Shown: positions 41,626 through 56,355, numbered from the stretch's first letter. The stretch: DNA of 64,000 nucleotides from Felis catus (GCF_018350175.1 NC_058368.1:32428001-32492000), one strand, 5' to 3'. Notes: generated from the letters alone by a model not told the origin. Program-made: numbers and translations.

Positions 41626-41786
41626 TAGTAATCCATTACTTATATTATCAAATTGGTTGGCATAATATTGTTCATAATATTCCCATTATTTCCATAATAT
41701 TTTCTTAAAATTACTTTAATGTGTAAAATATATGCATAAATGTCAACTTCATTCTTAATAATTTATGGTTTCTCTCTTGTTTTATT

Positions 41787-42015
41787 TTTTTTTATTTTTA
41801 TAAAATTTTTTTTCAATGTTTATTTATTTTTGGGACAGAGAGAGACAGAGCATGAATGGGGGAGGGGCAGAGAGAGAGGGAGACACAGAATCGGAAACAG
41901 GCTTCAAGCTCTAAGCCATCAGCCCAGAGCCCAACGCGGGGCTCGAACTCACGGACCGTGAGATCGTGACCTGGCTGAAGTCGGACGCTTAACCGACTGC
42001 ACCACCCAGGTGCCC
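41787..42015 (-). mobile_element. Young Can-SINE (SINEC_Fc-like)
   Basis: CpG-rich; TSD ctcttgttttatt at 41774-41786 and 42016-42028. Confidence 0.96.
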
Positions 42016-45000
42016 CTCTTGTTTTATTATCAGTTTGGCTATATGAATCTTTAGGAAAATGTTTTTGGTTTTATGGTTTTATCTGATATTTTTATGATTC
42101 TAATTTCATTGATTTCTATGTCTATATTTATTATTTTCTTCCATCTACTTAAATTATTTTGTTCTTATTTTTCTATCTCCCAAGACTTAAGCTTAGATCG
42201 ATTTAAGAGTATTTTGTCTTCTCTCATAATTCTATGAATTTCCATCTAAGAATGACTATAGCTGCATCTCACAAATATTTATGATTTATTTTTATATTTA
42301 TTCATTTCAAATCTTTTCTATTTTCTTATTATTTCTTCCTCAATTCATGGGGAATTTAGAAATTTACTGGAGATTTCAAGATATCTTTTGATTATTGATT
42401 TCTAGTTTAAATTTTGTGGTCAGAATATGTTTTTATGTGATAATAATTGTTTTACATGTAGTGAAGTATTTTACATGTGGTCTGTCAGTGTCATACATGC
42501 CCATGAGAAGAATTCATATTCTGCTGGGACCCCTACTGGATGGAATGCCCAAGTCAGTTGACAGTGTTGTTCAAACCATCTGCATCACATTTATTCTCTC
42601 CGACTTATTATATCACTTATTAGGACAAAACTTGGGAGTATCCAATTATCGTGTGTGTTTGTCCTTTCTGTTCATTCCATTCTATTTATTTTAAGTATCC
42701 TGAAGCTCTCTTATTAGGTGCATACACCTTTTAGATCTCACATTGTTTTAGATGGTGACAGAGAAAATGCATAGATGTTATGGCTCCCTCATACATAATA
42801 GAAACAGTAGGTAGAAAGATAAGAAGACTCTATACTTCTTTTTCTATTTTCTTCTCTCACTGTGAGATACCAATATCAGAGGATATATTTTACTATGCAC
42901 TTTTGCATAAATATCAATCAAATTTGCAGCATTTTAGAAGAAAATGAAATTTAGAAATCTAATGAGTCTATTGTTATTTCAAGGTAATGCAAATTAAATA
43001 ATAAGAAATTTTAAAACTTAATGATTTATATGCAAAATAAGTTATACACCAGCTAAGACAATTTAAAGTTAAAAATCAGATTAGCTCTCTTTAAAAAATA
43101 TATTCAAGACCTCTGACCAGCAAAAACTTTGCATTAACTCATGTTGAACAGTAGTTTGTTCTGCTGAATATATCCATTATAAAAAGATGATAGCAGTTAA
43201 ACATAAATAAGATATGGTTAATGATGAGAAAAATCAACATCAATAACATACCTATCCTTAGATTCAGACCTACATTTCTTTAGTAAATCACTTTACTGAT
43301 AGAAAGTATTTAACGTCTGTTAAGTTAATAGGATTTCCATGTCTCATAGTATAAAGGTAAATATAAGTACATAAATAAGTCAACTAACAGTCACTATCAC
43401 TGTAATATAATTTTACCCTTCAGGTCAGAAATATGGGGTCATAAATAAATTAGATAAATAGGTAGACAGACAGATAGACATACAGAAAAAAAAATATGTT
43501 CTTAATTGACTTTTACATTTTATTCAATTTTTCACAAAGAGTAGACTAATTTCAATTAATTTACATTGTTTTCATATAATATTAAGTCTTTTTTTAAAAA
43601 CTATTATGTAAAACCATTTATTTCAAGTTGACAAGAAATAATATTGAGATATATCTTCATGCCTTATCACATGTTTAACTTCATGGAGCTCACTTGGTAT
43701 TTAGCAGAATAAGAGCAATTTCATGATGTTATAAAATTAAAATAAATAGAATATTAGAAGAAAGGTGTTATCAATGTTCACAATTTCGACTTTTTAAAAT
43801 TAAATAAGTCATATTTTAAAATATATTTCCTGACTAAATGGTTTTGAAATACTTACCATAAAGTCACTGCATTAAGTGTGTTTTCACGGTGGACCCTTTG
43901 GATATTAAGAAAGGAAATAAAATTAAATAACCAATTTTCCTTCAAGTAGCTTCTCAGTCATTCTGAAGAGTCTTGAAATACCTGTGATTACAGCTATTAT
44001 TTGGGCTATTCGAGTAACACAGGAGAAGATATTCACATTTGTCTTCCTTTTTGCTGTAATAACTTATGGGTCAGCTTATTCTGGGCCGGCATTGTGTGAT
44101 GCCAGATGCATTCAGTTGGGTGTCTACTGTCAACCATGATTCCTTCCTATTTAGGTTAATGTACCTATTAAAATGATCCACAGATGAAACTTTTGGCCAT
44201 GAGGCCCTACACATGGGAGTGAAGATCAGCAATGGCACATCAGATTACTGGAAGTAGGAAAGAGGATTTTGAAATGAGGCCTAGGGAAAATTGGTCAAAT
44301 GCAGAGAAATAAGTATGCAGCAAAGAAAGCGGTGGCTGCAGTGAAAGACATTCGTTTTTGTTGTTGTTGTTTTTAGTAATAGTGTATATGGTATGTATGT
44401 TGGAAAAAGGCATGCTCTGGGCCAAAAGTGTATACTGATCTAAACACAAACTAGAGTGGTACACATAGATTTTGATATCTTATCTACTTAGATTTGAAAG
44501 TAAATAAGCTCTAAGCTACACATTACTCTTTGAAAAGTTAAAACTCAGCAAGACAGAGGTGTTAAAGTGTCCAAGCTAGTACTTTCAGTGGTTTCATTTA
44601 AACATTTCAAATATATGTTAATGTAATTATGATTTCTACATCATAGTAGTACGGATTTTATACCCCAGTGACCTTTCATTTTAGAGAGTGTAGAGAAATA
44701 ACAGTTTTAAATTGTTGATGATAGCAAATGCTACAATTCAGTTTCATCTCATTTGTAAAACTATAAGGTTGAATTACATGCTGTTATTATCTCACAATTC
44801 ATTTATTTGGCTGCAGTGAAGCAATTATATTATGTCTTCTTGGGGAATGGAGAAGTGTCTCTCTCTGTCTGTAGCACCAGAATAAGCCCTTTTCATAGTC
44901 TACTATAGTCTTAGAGACTACATAAGATTTAAGAGGAGGGAAATACACAGATAACCAAATAAAGCTGTAATAAACTAAATAGTCCCATCCTTGCATTCCT

Positions 45001-45529
45001 ATAAAGACAAATAATGCCAGTTAACAGAAAAAAATTTTTTGCAAGCATCCAAACTTTTGGTAAGAGTAATCTTGTTCTTTAATCCATCTCATAAATATGA
45101 ACACTGATATTGACTTTTTAGGCAACTAAATTAACCCAATGAAATTGTCCCTTTGTGAATTCAGCCAAAAGAGAAAAAAGAAAAATAGATGATGGTCATT
45201 GTAATGGCTAAAAATGTACTGTAAGTTGAGAAATTGAGAAAAATTAGAATAGAAGGTACTAGAATAGGATCAATAATAACAACACAGACTCTTATTCTTC
45301 TTTATGCTATCCTCACAACATAGTTATTTTTAAAAAGATGCTAGTTTTAGATATGAGTTAGAGGCAATAAAATTAATTTTAGTAAGAGCTATGTAAACAG
45401 AAATAGATGTTTGGAAAACACTGGTAGGAAGCTGGTGGTTGAAGATATTAAAATAATAGCATTCATTTTACCATCGTCATAGAAAACTAGGTATTTATTG
45501 GTCATTCCTCATTGAAGGAGTCTTTTCTA

Positions 45530-48500
45530 TTCAGGGTCTAATAGCAACAAAAGCATAAAGCTTAACAGAAAGGTCAGTGAAGGAGACAGTCAAAGAAAAC
45601 CCTAGAAAAGCCACTGTCATCTTACAGTAGCTGTGCATTTGAGAAGCAATATTGGAGATTGCACACTATGGAGGTAATAGGAATCATTAAAACAGTTCAG
45701 CCAAATCAGTAAACAAATAAGCAAACAACAACAAAAAGTCCTAGTGTTCGTGGGTCAGTGTACAGAATTATGCATTATTTAAAATGTCCATTTTCAACAA
45801 AAAAAGAAATTCATAGAAACAGAAGAGTGTAATCCATAAAAAGAAGAAAAGTATGCTACAAAAATTGTCTTCAAGAGGGGCCACTTGTTGGATTTAGCAG
45901 ACAGGACGTTATTTATTTTAAATAAATTCAAAGAACTAAAAAACACATACTTATACAAATATAGGACAGTATGACAATGTATTATCAAGAAAATAATATT
46001 GATGAAAAGACAGAAAATTCAAAAATAAGAAGCAAATGGAAATTCTGAAATTGAAAAGCACAATAGCCACAATGACAAATTCACCAGAAAGAAGAAGCAA
46101 TCCAGAAATTTGAAGATAGATCAATTAAGACTTTTCAATCTGCATAACAGAGAGCAAAAGAATAAATACAAATGAAAAACGCTTCAGAGAAATATGAGGA
46201 AGCCAACTGGGACATCAACATACTCAAATCAGAGCAAAGAGAGTAGAGCATACAAAATATTGGAAAAAATGATAACAAAAACTCCCTAAATTATATGAAA
46301 AACATTAATCCACACATCAAAGAATCTCTAACTCCAAATAGGATAAGTCAAAGAGATTCATATCTGGACTAGTCATACAAAAAATGTTGAAAGACAAAAT
46401 TATTGAAAATAGCAAGAGAAAAAAATCTCCTCACTTACAAACAAATGCCAAGAATAATAACAGCTTACTTCTCATCATAAAAAGAAATGAAGGCCAGAAG
46501 GCATTGAGACATCATATTCAAAGTACTGAAAGAAAGGGGGGAGAGGAAGCCTGTCAACCAAGAATTTTATATACAGTAAATCTATGTTTCAATGATAGAG
46601 GCAAATAAAGACATTTACAAATAAACAAAACTTGAAAAAATCCATTGCTAACAAACTTTTACTATGATAAATAATAATAGAAGCTTTTCAGGCTGAAACA
46701 AAGAAACACCAGAGAGTAATTAAAATGTATATTAAAAACAACAACAGGGCGCCTGGGTGGCGCAGTCGGTTAAGCGTCCGACTTCAGCCAGGTCACGATC
46801 TCGCGGTCCATGAGTTCGAGCCCCGCGTCGGGCTCTGGGCTGATGGCTCAGAGCCTGGAGCCTGTTTCGGATTCTGTGTCTCCCTCTCTCTCTGCCCCTC
46901 CCCCGTTCATGCTCTGTCTCTCTCTGTCCCAAAAATAAGTAAACGTTGAAAACAAAACAAACAAACAAACAAAACAGCAACAACAATGAAAAACAGAGTA
47001 CCATTAAAGGTAATCATGAAGGTAAATATCAAACAATATTATAGCATATTTTTACTACTCTGAATCACAAATAAAACAATAGCATAAAACAACATGTATT
47101 GTTGGGAATAAAAGAAGTCCAAGAGAAGTTGGGGGCAGTACATTCTTATTGGAGCAAGAAAATGACACCAGATGATTACTCAAATTCAGAGAAACAAAAG
47201 AAGACACACAGAAATGGTAAGGAACTTCTCAAAAGCATATTTTTACTTTCTTTTTTCCTCTCATCTCCTTTAAAACCAATAAAATTATGTAAAGTAATAA
47301 TATTATTGTTTTTTTCATATATATAGATGTAATATTGTATAAAATAGTAGCATAATAAGGGAGATGAGAGAATAGTGGTATATAAGAGTAAATTTCTGTA
47401 TCTCACTGAAATTAGGTTAGTATAAGTCTAATGGAAATTCTGCAAAGAATGGATTTATCTTATAAATCTCAGAATATTACCACTATGAACATAATTCAAA
47501 AAACTATAGTGAAGACGAAATTAAAGGAATTATAAAGGAATTATAATGTTAAATAAGAAAGTATTTATTTAATGCAAAAAAATGGGAGTGTTTGGAGGAA
47601 CAAAAAAATCATGAGAAATTTAGAAATCAAAATAGTAGATGTGATTGATAATATATCAATAGTTATATTAATTATAAATGGATTAAATCATCCAGTGTAA
47701 AAGCAGAGTTGTAATATCAACAGTGCATAAAAAGGAGTACAGACCATGACTAACTGGGATTTATTCCAGAATTCTATGTTGTTTTACCATCCAAAAATCA
47801 ATAATTTAATAAGTAGAAATACATATTTATATTTAACAAAGACCACAGGATCATTTGCACAAAATGCAACAACCTTTCATGATAAAAATAATCATATGCT
47901 CATAGATTAGAATACTTAATACTATTAGGAGACAATAATCCATAAGTTCATCTACAAATTCATAACAGCTCAGCTGGCTTTTGCAGCAGTCTTTTTTTTT
48001 TTTTTTTAAGAGTCCATAAATAAGCCTTCATATTATGGTCAATATTTTACACAAGCCAAGATAATTCAATCCTAAATGAATGGTCCTCTCAACAAACAGT
48101 CTGGGGCAACTGATACCCATATGCAAAGAATAAAGTTGGATTCCTTCCTCACCATACACAAAAAAATAAGATAAATCATGAACTTAAATATAAGAGCTAA
48201 ACATATCAAGCTATTAGATTAAAAAGAAGAATAAATCTAGTTAACTGTATTTTAGGCAAAGAGACTTCTAGATAGGACACAAAAAGCAAAAGATAAAAGT
48301 AGATAAATTGGACTTCATGAAAATTTAACAATGTTTTGTTTTAAAAGATAACTTCAAAAAAGTGAAAAGGCAACTCACAGAGTGGAAAAAAATATTTGCA
48401 AATCATATTTAAAGAAGTTGTACCTGGAACATGAAAAGATCAATTATAACTATGATAAAGGATATCTTATTTTTCAAAAAATGTAAAAAGTATCTGAAGA

Positions 48501-49300
48501 GAGATTCCCCACGGGAAATATGCAAATTGACAATAAGCGCCTAAAATGATGTGCAACATCGTCAACCATTAGGAAGATGCAACTCAAAATCACAAAGAGC
48601 TACCACTTCAGACAAATTGGATGTAAAATTAAAAAAAACAATAGGTGGTAATGAGGATTGGTGAGGATGTGCACAAACTGAGACCATTATAGATTGTAGG
48701 TGGTAATGGTACACCTGTTTTGAAAAAAATTTGATAGTCCCTCAAAAAATTCAACATAGAGCTTACCATATGACCCAGAAATTTCACTCCTATGCATATA
48801 CCCAAGAGAGATAAAAACATATACCCACACTAAAACTTGTGCAACAGTGTTTAAAAGGAATTACACATAAGAGCCCAAAGCTAGAAACAAAGGTCCATAA
48901 TCTGGTGAATTAATAAATCCAAAGCAATGTATCCACTTAATAGATTACTATGGCAACAAATATGAATGCATTCCTGATAGATACTAAAACATAAATGAAC
49001 TTGAAAACACAATGCCAGTTACAAAAGAGCACAAATTGTAAAATTTATAAGGAAGTTTCAAATAGAAAATTAAGAGAGAAAATAGATTACTGATTGCACA
49101 GGGCCAGGGGGTAGTTAGAGGAAAATGAGAAGTGACTGCTAATATGCATGGAGTTTCTTTTGGGCTGATGAGAATGTTCTAAAATGGAGTGTGATAATGT
49201 TTGTACAACTCTGTGATTACACTAAAAACCAATAAATTTCATACTCTAAAGAAATTAACTGCATGATATATGAATTATATCTAAATAAAGCTACTTTAAT
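45530..49300 (+). mobile_element. Ancient L1M (L1MB-like 3' end) with ORF1 and ORF2 remnants
   Basis: ORF1-like lysine-rich text at 45800-46700; ORF2-like text at 47650-48900; 3' end gagtttcttttgggctgatgagaatgttctaaaat...gaattatatctaaataaagct. Confidence 0.8.
46747..46975 (+). mobile_element. Young Can-SINE (SINEC_Fc-like)
   Basis: gggcgcctgggtggcgcagtcggttaagcgtccgac with CpGs retained; tail converted to (AAAC)n. Confidence 0.96.
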
Positions 49301-49541
49301 AAACAAGCAAACAAAATCAACTCAACCTTGGAACCCTTCCATAAGCCTACAAATTCTGCTTATCTTGGCCTTTTTTTTTGTTTTTGTTTTTGTTTTTGTT
49401 TTTTTTTAACTTACAAAGACCTAACCTATTGCACAATTTACTTATTTAACTGAAGGCTTTCTCTTCCTTAGCTGTAATATAACCTTTATGTAAACAGGAA
49501 TTTTTTTAGCTTAATGAAACCCCTTAAAAGCATTAAAGTTG

Positions 49542-49894
49542 GGGCACCTGGGTGGCTCAGCCAGTTAAACATCCAACTTCAGGCTCACGTCTTGATCTCA
49601 TGGTTCCTGGGTTCAAGACAGTGTCAGGCTCTGTGCAGACAGCTTGGAGCCTGGAGCCTGTTTCAGATTCTGTGTCTCCCTCTCTCTCTGATCTTCTCCC
49701 GCCCACTCTCTGTTTCTGTCGAAAAATTAATAAAACGTTAAAAGAAAGTGGGGTGGGGTCAGACCTAGGCACAAATGACAGATAAAGTTTGGCCTTAAAG
49801 CAGAAGAAGAAGAAGAAGAAGAAGAAGGAGAAGGAGAAGGAGAAGGAGAAGGAGAAGGAGAAGGAGAAGGAGAAGGAGAAGAAGAAGAAGAAAG
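49542..49894 (+). mobile_element. Can-SINE plus ~55 bp extra sequence and a (GAA)/(GGAGAA) tail, all inside one TSD
   Basis: TSD aagcattaaagttg at 49528-49541 and 49895-49908. Confidence 0.88.
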
Positions 49895-49908
49895 AAGCAT
49901 TAAAGTTG

Positions 49909-50277
49909 AACAAAAATCAAAATGGCTACACTAATGCTTCAAAGCTCAATTTAAACATATAACCTTTTTCCTGTCTTCCTCAAATCTCCCCTCTTCCCTT
50001 CTTAGCCTTTTGTTTCAGGAGCCTGGTACCACCCTAAAGATAGGACAAAGGAGCCTGGAATCAAACACACAATTTCTGTTGAAACCAGCTAGATCTTGTA
50101 TTTCCCTATAAAACCCTCCAGCCCCCTGCTCCTGGAGGGCTTGCAGTTTTTGAAGGCAATAGCCTGCTGTAGCTTCCTTTGCCCCACAAAGCAATAAAGC
50201 TATTGCTCCTCTGTATCCCGAACTCTGTTTCATGATATATTTTGGACCAGAAGCACAGAGGTCAGTTTTTGACAGCA
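49909..50277 (+). mobile_element. ERV LTR 3' part (the 5' part probably lies upstream of the SINE, ~49470-49527)
   Basis: TATA box ctataaaa at ~50106, gcaataaagct at ~50191, ends ...ttgacagca. Confidence 0.65.
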
Positions 50278-50334
50278 CTCTTCTTTTCTACGGATATTTT
50301 TCAAGAGCATAGAAGATGCTTAGCATACAGTAGT

Positions 50335-51125
50335 AGTACCATCAGAATATCTTCCTCAAAATATATGACACGTAAAGGGAGGGAAGATGACTTTACATGA
50401 AGAAGTCTGACAGAAAAACCTAATTAAGGTTAACATCACCAGGGGTGAGGATGGTCTGCAGAGTGCACATGTGACATGATGCTGTGAGAAGAGCTAAGAA
50501 ATCATTTTGCAGTGTTCCTGCCAAAAGCACATTGCCAAAATCTGGTCGTGAGAAAATACTGGCCAGGAATTCGTAGAGGATTTTTCTACTGGGTGGTCAG
50601 CCTATGTCTTGTAAGACTGTCAAAGACATACAAGACAGGGAAAGACAAGAGAGAAATAGTCCAGAAATAAGTAGATTTTTGAGATATGGCAACTAAATAT
50701 AATGTTCCTTCTGAATTGGACCTTAGCACAGAGTTGAAAACAGTCTTTGTTGGGACAGCTGGTGTAATTTAAATGAGATTTGGGATGTTGGCTTCCTGAT
50801 GGAGAGTTTTGCACCTTAATAAAATTAGACACTTCCCTGGTTTTTAGAGTATGTGCTGCATTCAGTACACAAGCATAATGAAACATAATTAAAATCTATA
50901 TTCCACTTGTACAACTCTTTCCATGCCTGTATGGTGAAGGGAAAAAGGAGAAACAGAGAAGAGACAGAGGAAAAGACGGGAAAAAAGAGAGGGAAGACAA
51001 GATGCTTACAATGATAGTATCTGGGATAAATGGGTCATGGATGTTCTTTGTATCATTCTTGCAACTGTTCTATACATTTGAAACTATATACAAATGAGAA
51101 AAAATAGTAAAAGGCAATAAAATAA
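50335..51125 (+). mobile_element. Ancient L1MC/ME-like 3'UTR remnants
   Basis: aaggttaacatcacc...gtgttcctgccaaaa; gatgttctttgtatcattcttgcaactgttcta...tttgaaactat. Confidence 0.6.
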
Positions 51126-54100
51126 TTGAAACTGTGAATGAATGAATTATACATGATGAAATGTAGGTATGAAAGTGCAAAAAGCAATTGAATGTACAGA
51201 ATGTCCACGTTTATGAGAAAAGTTGGAAAGCAAGAGAAGGAAAATGGAAATGCCACAAATGAGAATATTTACCAAAACAGAAGACTGTAAGAGATTTTTG
51301 CAGTACATGAATATAATCAAAATTGCTAAATTCCACTGAGGTTTCAAAGAAAACATTTGCAGGTGATAACTTGATAATGTTCATCTGTATTTCGATTTTA
51401 TCAGTTGAGCCCTTAATGTGCTTTACATTCAGGGATCTAGGGGAAGAGAAAAATGTAAGGATATTCTCTAACACTTCATCAGCATAAAGATTTATTTGAC
51501 AAGGGTTCATAAAAACCAGGATGATCATGTGATTATTTTATTCCCAAAAGAATCTGACACGGATATTCAGCAAAATTTGGTTAAGAGAGATGATTTATCT
51601 TATTTTACCATATCGTTTATTTAATTAAATAAGGTTTCTAAGATAAAGAATTTAAAGAACTGGAGTTCTCTAACATCTTTCAAAAGCACAGAAGCAGAGA
51701 TATTATTGTCCTTCTTCCTTTTCTTCCTCTGATGAGTTCTTAGTCACTCTTTAATATGTAACCAGTATTTCTCTTTCTACAGATAACCTGGTACAGTCTG
51801 ACTGAGTTCTCCATGCTCTGCTCTGATGCACATCTCTGTCTATGTCTCTAACGTAGCACATACTGCATTTGCTGACAATGTTCCCACAATTTCAGGTTGC
51901 AAGCTTCTCAAAGACAGATAACAGAGATAAGCTCAGACATTAGAATACAACCGGTGCATAGCAGATAATTGAAAACTTGAGAGATGAAAGAATGAAGAAA
52001 AATGAATAAATCTAGCACAATCCTCCATTCACAGCCTTTAAATCAGTAAAGAATGTTGATGGATAGTAAATTGAAGTATCAGCAGGTAATGCCCCAAAGA
52101 GAGAAGGCATTACCAACAAATCCCTACTACTCCCAACAAATAACTCTTTTATTCTATGACAGCATACTTGATACTCTGACCTTCTCAGAAAAACACTGCC
52201 CTACCATATCTTAGTTTGATTTGTAGTTTTGTCTTTTGCTCTCTGTCGCTCAGAGACTGTCATCTAAAATCTAACACAGAGTAGGGGAAGTAGGGAGTTG
52301 TGAAAATTAGGATATTTATGTTTTGGTTGCCAACTAAGGAATGCAGTTTTCTAGAAAGAAATCAAAGAAACATTTAATAAATATGTGTTTGATTAAAGAA
52401 AAAAATGATGTATTAATAATAAGTTCAACCGTTAGGTTTCATAATAAATCATTATTAAATATAACATTGAAGCTTGATTAAAATACAATTGGCAAGTGGT
52501 AGTATATTCATAATATTTTGTATGCATTTAAAGATTACTAGCTATAAGTTTTCCAAGGATGAAAGAATGTATTATTGCTCTGAGTCTTATACTGTTATTT
52601 GATAAGGTGGTCTCACTACCCAGACAGAAGTTTTATTTCTATAGTGATGTGTAAATTATTTTATTTATAACTATTTGTATTGCTTATTAAAGAAAGGTCC
52701 AATGTTGACTCAGGAAGAATCCTGAGGATACAAGTGTGGTCACATTAGTTAGTGGCATAAATGTTAAAGGTCAAATGTTAATACACTTTATTGTTTCTCA
52801 AAAGCACTAACATTGAATTAAAAATACCACCATTGTCTTAAACCCCATGGAACTCATCAAAATTCATGACGAATAAATGGCTTTTCGGAGAGAGAGAGGA
52901 GGTAACTTAGTAAATGACAAAAAATGAGACTGACTTTTTAACTTTGTATGATTGGATAATTGTTCCGTTTGGGTTTTTTAAATATAAAATTTAGTGTTTA
53001 TGTGTGTTTTAAGTATTATTTGCTTAAACCAGGACCATCAAGCAAGAAAAACAAAAGAAGAAAAAAAATCCACTGATCAGACCTACTCAGGATGCTTAAT
53101 AAGATAGTCATTTGTAAGATAAGCAAAAAATCCATACTATTCTCCAACACCAGCTTGAAAAATAACCTAGGCTATACCACAGAAAATGACTCTGAAATTT
53201 GAATGATACATCTGCATAAACATTCAATCATATATTCAAAAAAAATGTGGGCATCTACCTCCCATTAATCAGAACATAATTAAACTAAAACAAATTTTAC
53301 AGAGTTGCATTTCAAGGTGTTACATCTTTCCTTAAACCATAGACAATGCATAAAAGAAGAAAAATAATGTTTTACAGAGTTAATGTTATAGGAGTTTGTT
53401 ATATCTTCCAGCAGCCTTTGTATTTCCACTATATGAAGGTCTAATTAGGGCTATTTTATTATGGTTTATCAGGATTTGGGACAGAATTGGCTCTCTGATG
53501 AATATTCTGTATTTTTATAGGGTTGTGGGATATAAGAGTATACACATTTGCCAAAGCTACTAAAATATAATACTTAAAATCTGTGCATTTCACTACAGGC
53601 ATTTATGTCATAACTCTTAACAGACAAAAAAAAAGGACACGGAGGATATGTTGGAAATTTGCTGCTTCTCAGACTTCTCAAGTCAATAGAGCATGCATCA
53701 AATTCAGTGATTAGAAAGTCCCAAAAATCTAAATTATGAAGGACGGAGGGATAGATTTCCTATATAGAGTGAATCCCAATTCTCCTACTTTGTACTGGAT
53801 TTTAAAAATTAAGGCTTTATTTAACAACAAAGTACCTGTCTTGGTTCTGTAACTTTCATCTTCATTCATAAATAGGTAATTAGGTCCCTGATGATGGAAA
53901 TGCATTTTCTATTAAACCAAACTTCTTTTAATGTAACAGCGCAACTCTTTTATTTTGTGCCTTAAAATGCATATACCCTGGGTGTGATATATTAGAAATA
54001 CATTTAATTAGAGTCTGGATGTGTATGATTTCAATACTCAAAAAGATGAAATTGGTATAATAATGAAAGATAGACCTATTTTAAAATGTTTTCATTTTCA

Positions 54101-55871
54101 ACTCTGTTATATTTAAAGCCACTAGTGGAAACTCCTCTATGCAAAATGAAATATGACAACATGAGATTAAATTAGAATATGGGATACAGAAAAAAATGTT
54201 TTCAGTTTTGTAAGATTCTTGCATTAGGTGTCAAAACAATACCAGCAAAAATCTTAAATAATGAACAATGTAGATCAAACATGATAAATTGCCTTCCAAA
54301 AGAGAATGCTAAAAAAAATAGAAAATAAATTCCCTCTGAAAATAAAATGCTGAATATTTAATCAGAAAAAACTGTCATCATACTACAACTTTAATGTCAT
54401 CCTGTAATTTCACATATCATGCTGATAGATGGCATCTGATATTTGACATGGCATGAATTTAAAAGATTCCAATCTAGAAAATAATATTGTAATGAAAACT
54501 GAAGCAAACTGCCTTGCTAAGCCAAAACATTTTTTCTAAGAATTAAATTAAACAAAACTATTCTAGAATATATTGTTTTAAATTAAGGAGACCTAAATAA
54601 ATTAGAATGAAATAAAATTTTGCTAATTTTGTCATATTTGTGTAAAAGTCCATTGAAATTAGTAGGCAATTTAAGTCATAAAAGGCATGACATTTATATA
54701 AACTAAAAAATTTTGTTTTTAACTATGTATCTTTTGTTCATCAAATGGCTAACTGCTTCACTTCTCAGAGAACCTAAATAAGTAGATGTTTTAAATGTGT
54801 CTAAAATAGTTGGCAAGGGACAACATGAGGAATTAGTCACATATATGTTTGCATTTTTACTTCTCTATTTCCTTATATCTTTGGGCCACTTGTTACTTAT
54901 CTCAGGGACTGTGCTTTTGAGTATGTAAAATAGAAATAACAATATTTATTTCATATATTTGATCAAAAAATCAGGTGAAAAATATATAAACTTTTAGGCA
55001 AGTTCCTGGTTACTAGTAGTAGATAAATAAATGTTAATTTCCTTTACCATTACTATTTTTTTTAGACATGCAATCCTTGAAATTGTTGTTTAATATTGTG
55101 AATACACTTAAATAATTTTTCTTTAACATTGTATTTCTATTTAGTTAAGCACAGATTAACACAAAAATATATTATGGGTAATACATATCATAAGTCATGG
55201 AAACCCAGTCAGTATAAGAGACAATTATGTGGCACTTGCAATATTGGAATTCTATTTGTTCATTATATTTTATGAGTCAGTTTTTTCTTCAGAAAATGGG
55301 ATTAAAACATCATAGGATAAAGTTATGACATTTAACATCTATATTTACACTTAAAAAGTGGTACAGTAAAGCTAAAGTGCTTTATTCCATGACAAAATCC
55401 CCTGGAATATCTAATATTAAACATTACCTAGTTATATCAAGCTATTGCATTATTACAATTCTGAAGACCCCTGGTAATTTATTTCGTAAGTTTTTCATGT
55501 TCCCTTAAGATTCGCCTCTGAGTTGTGATTAAAGTAAACTATGCTTACTATCCTATTTTTAATATTATGGTATAAAATTATTTAAAATTAATATTTTCCA
55601 CAGATTCATTTATATAGAGACTTGGTCCAATAAGGTGTATTCATATAAAATGTGCATTTCCTTCAGTTGATTAAAGAGTTCAATACACATTATATCCTTT
55701 CACACCACTTTTATTTTCATTTGTAATTGACATTACCTAAACTAGCAAGGGATATAATTTAAGTAGAAGAAAAAAACATTCAATAGCAAATTCTCAGATG
55801 TGTAAAAATGATAATTTATATTTCCACTGATAGTTCTTGCATCCATATAAATAGTTTCAACTAATCCATTT

Positions 55872-55909
55872 GTTTTTTTTTAAGTTTATTTATTTATTCG
55901 GGGGGGGGG

Positions 55910-55950
<41 letters not shown>

Positions 55951-56107
55951 TGCAAGGCAGAGAGAGAGGGAGAAAGAGAGAATCCCAAGTAAGCTCCACA
56001 CTATCAGCACAGAGCCTGATACAGGGCCCAAACCCACAGAACATGAGATCATGACCTGAGCAGAAATCAAGAGTCAGAGGCTTAACTGACTGAGCCACTC
56101 AGGCACC
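55872..56107 (-). mobile_element. Can-SINE
   Basis: (GA)n linker and reverse-complement head ...actgagccactcaggcacc. Confidence 0.92.
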
Positions 56108-56355
56108 ATTGTCTTTTTTTAAGTAGCTTCAAAAAACAAACAAACAAACAAACAAACAAACAAACAAAAGCATTTTGTGATACAGGGAAGTTATTTCAAA
56201 CACAGTTATCATCTCAAATCCTCTAAACTTTAATTCTGTTTACTATTGAAAATGAGAGAAATGAAGTTTTCTTATCTAATTTGTCATTTTCATTTGACTT
56301 TTTGAAATAGGCAGATTATGATGGCTTCTTAAAATGTGCTGATGTTTTAATTCTT

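Larger units (their letters stand above)
36790..42740 (-). mobile_element. Fragmented ancient L1M (3'UTR through ORF2 remnants) with nested SINEs, L1, LTR and microsatellites
   Basis: Antisense L1 motifs throughout (gttgatggacat, ggcaaagtggctgtgcc, attgagcatattttcatgtgcttatt, gattgcattagatctataaatcaatttg, tagctgcatctcacaaat, ttattaggtgcatacac). Confidence 0.75.
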
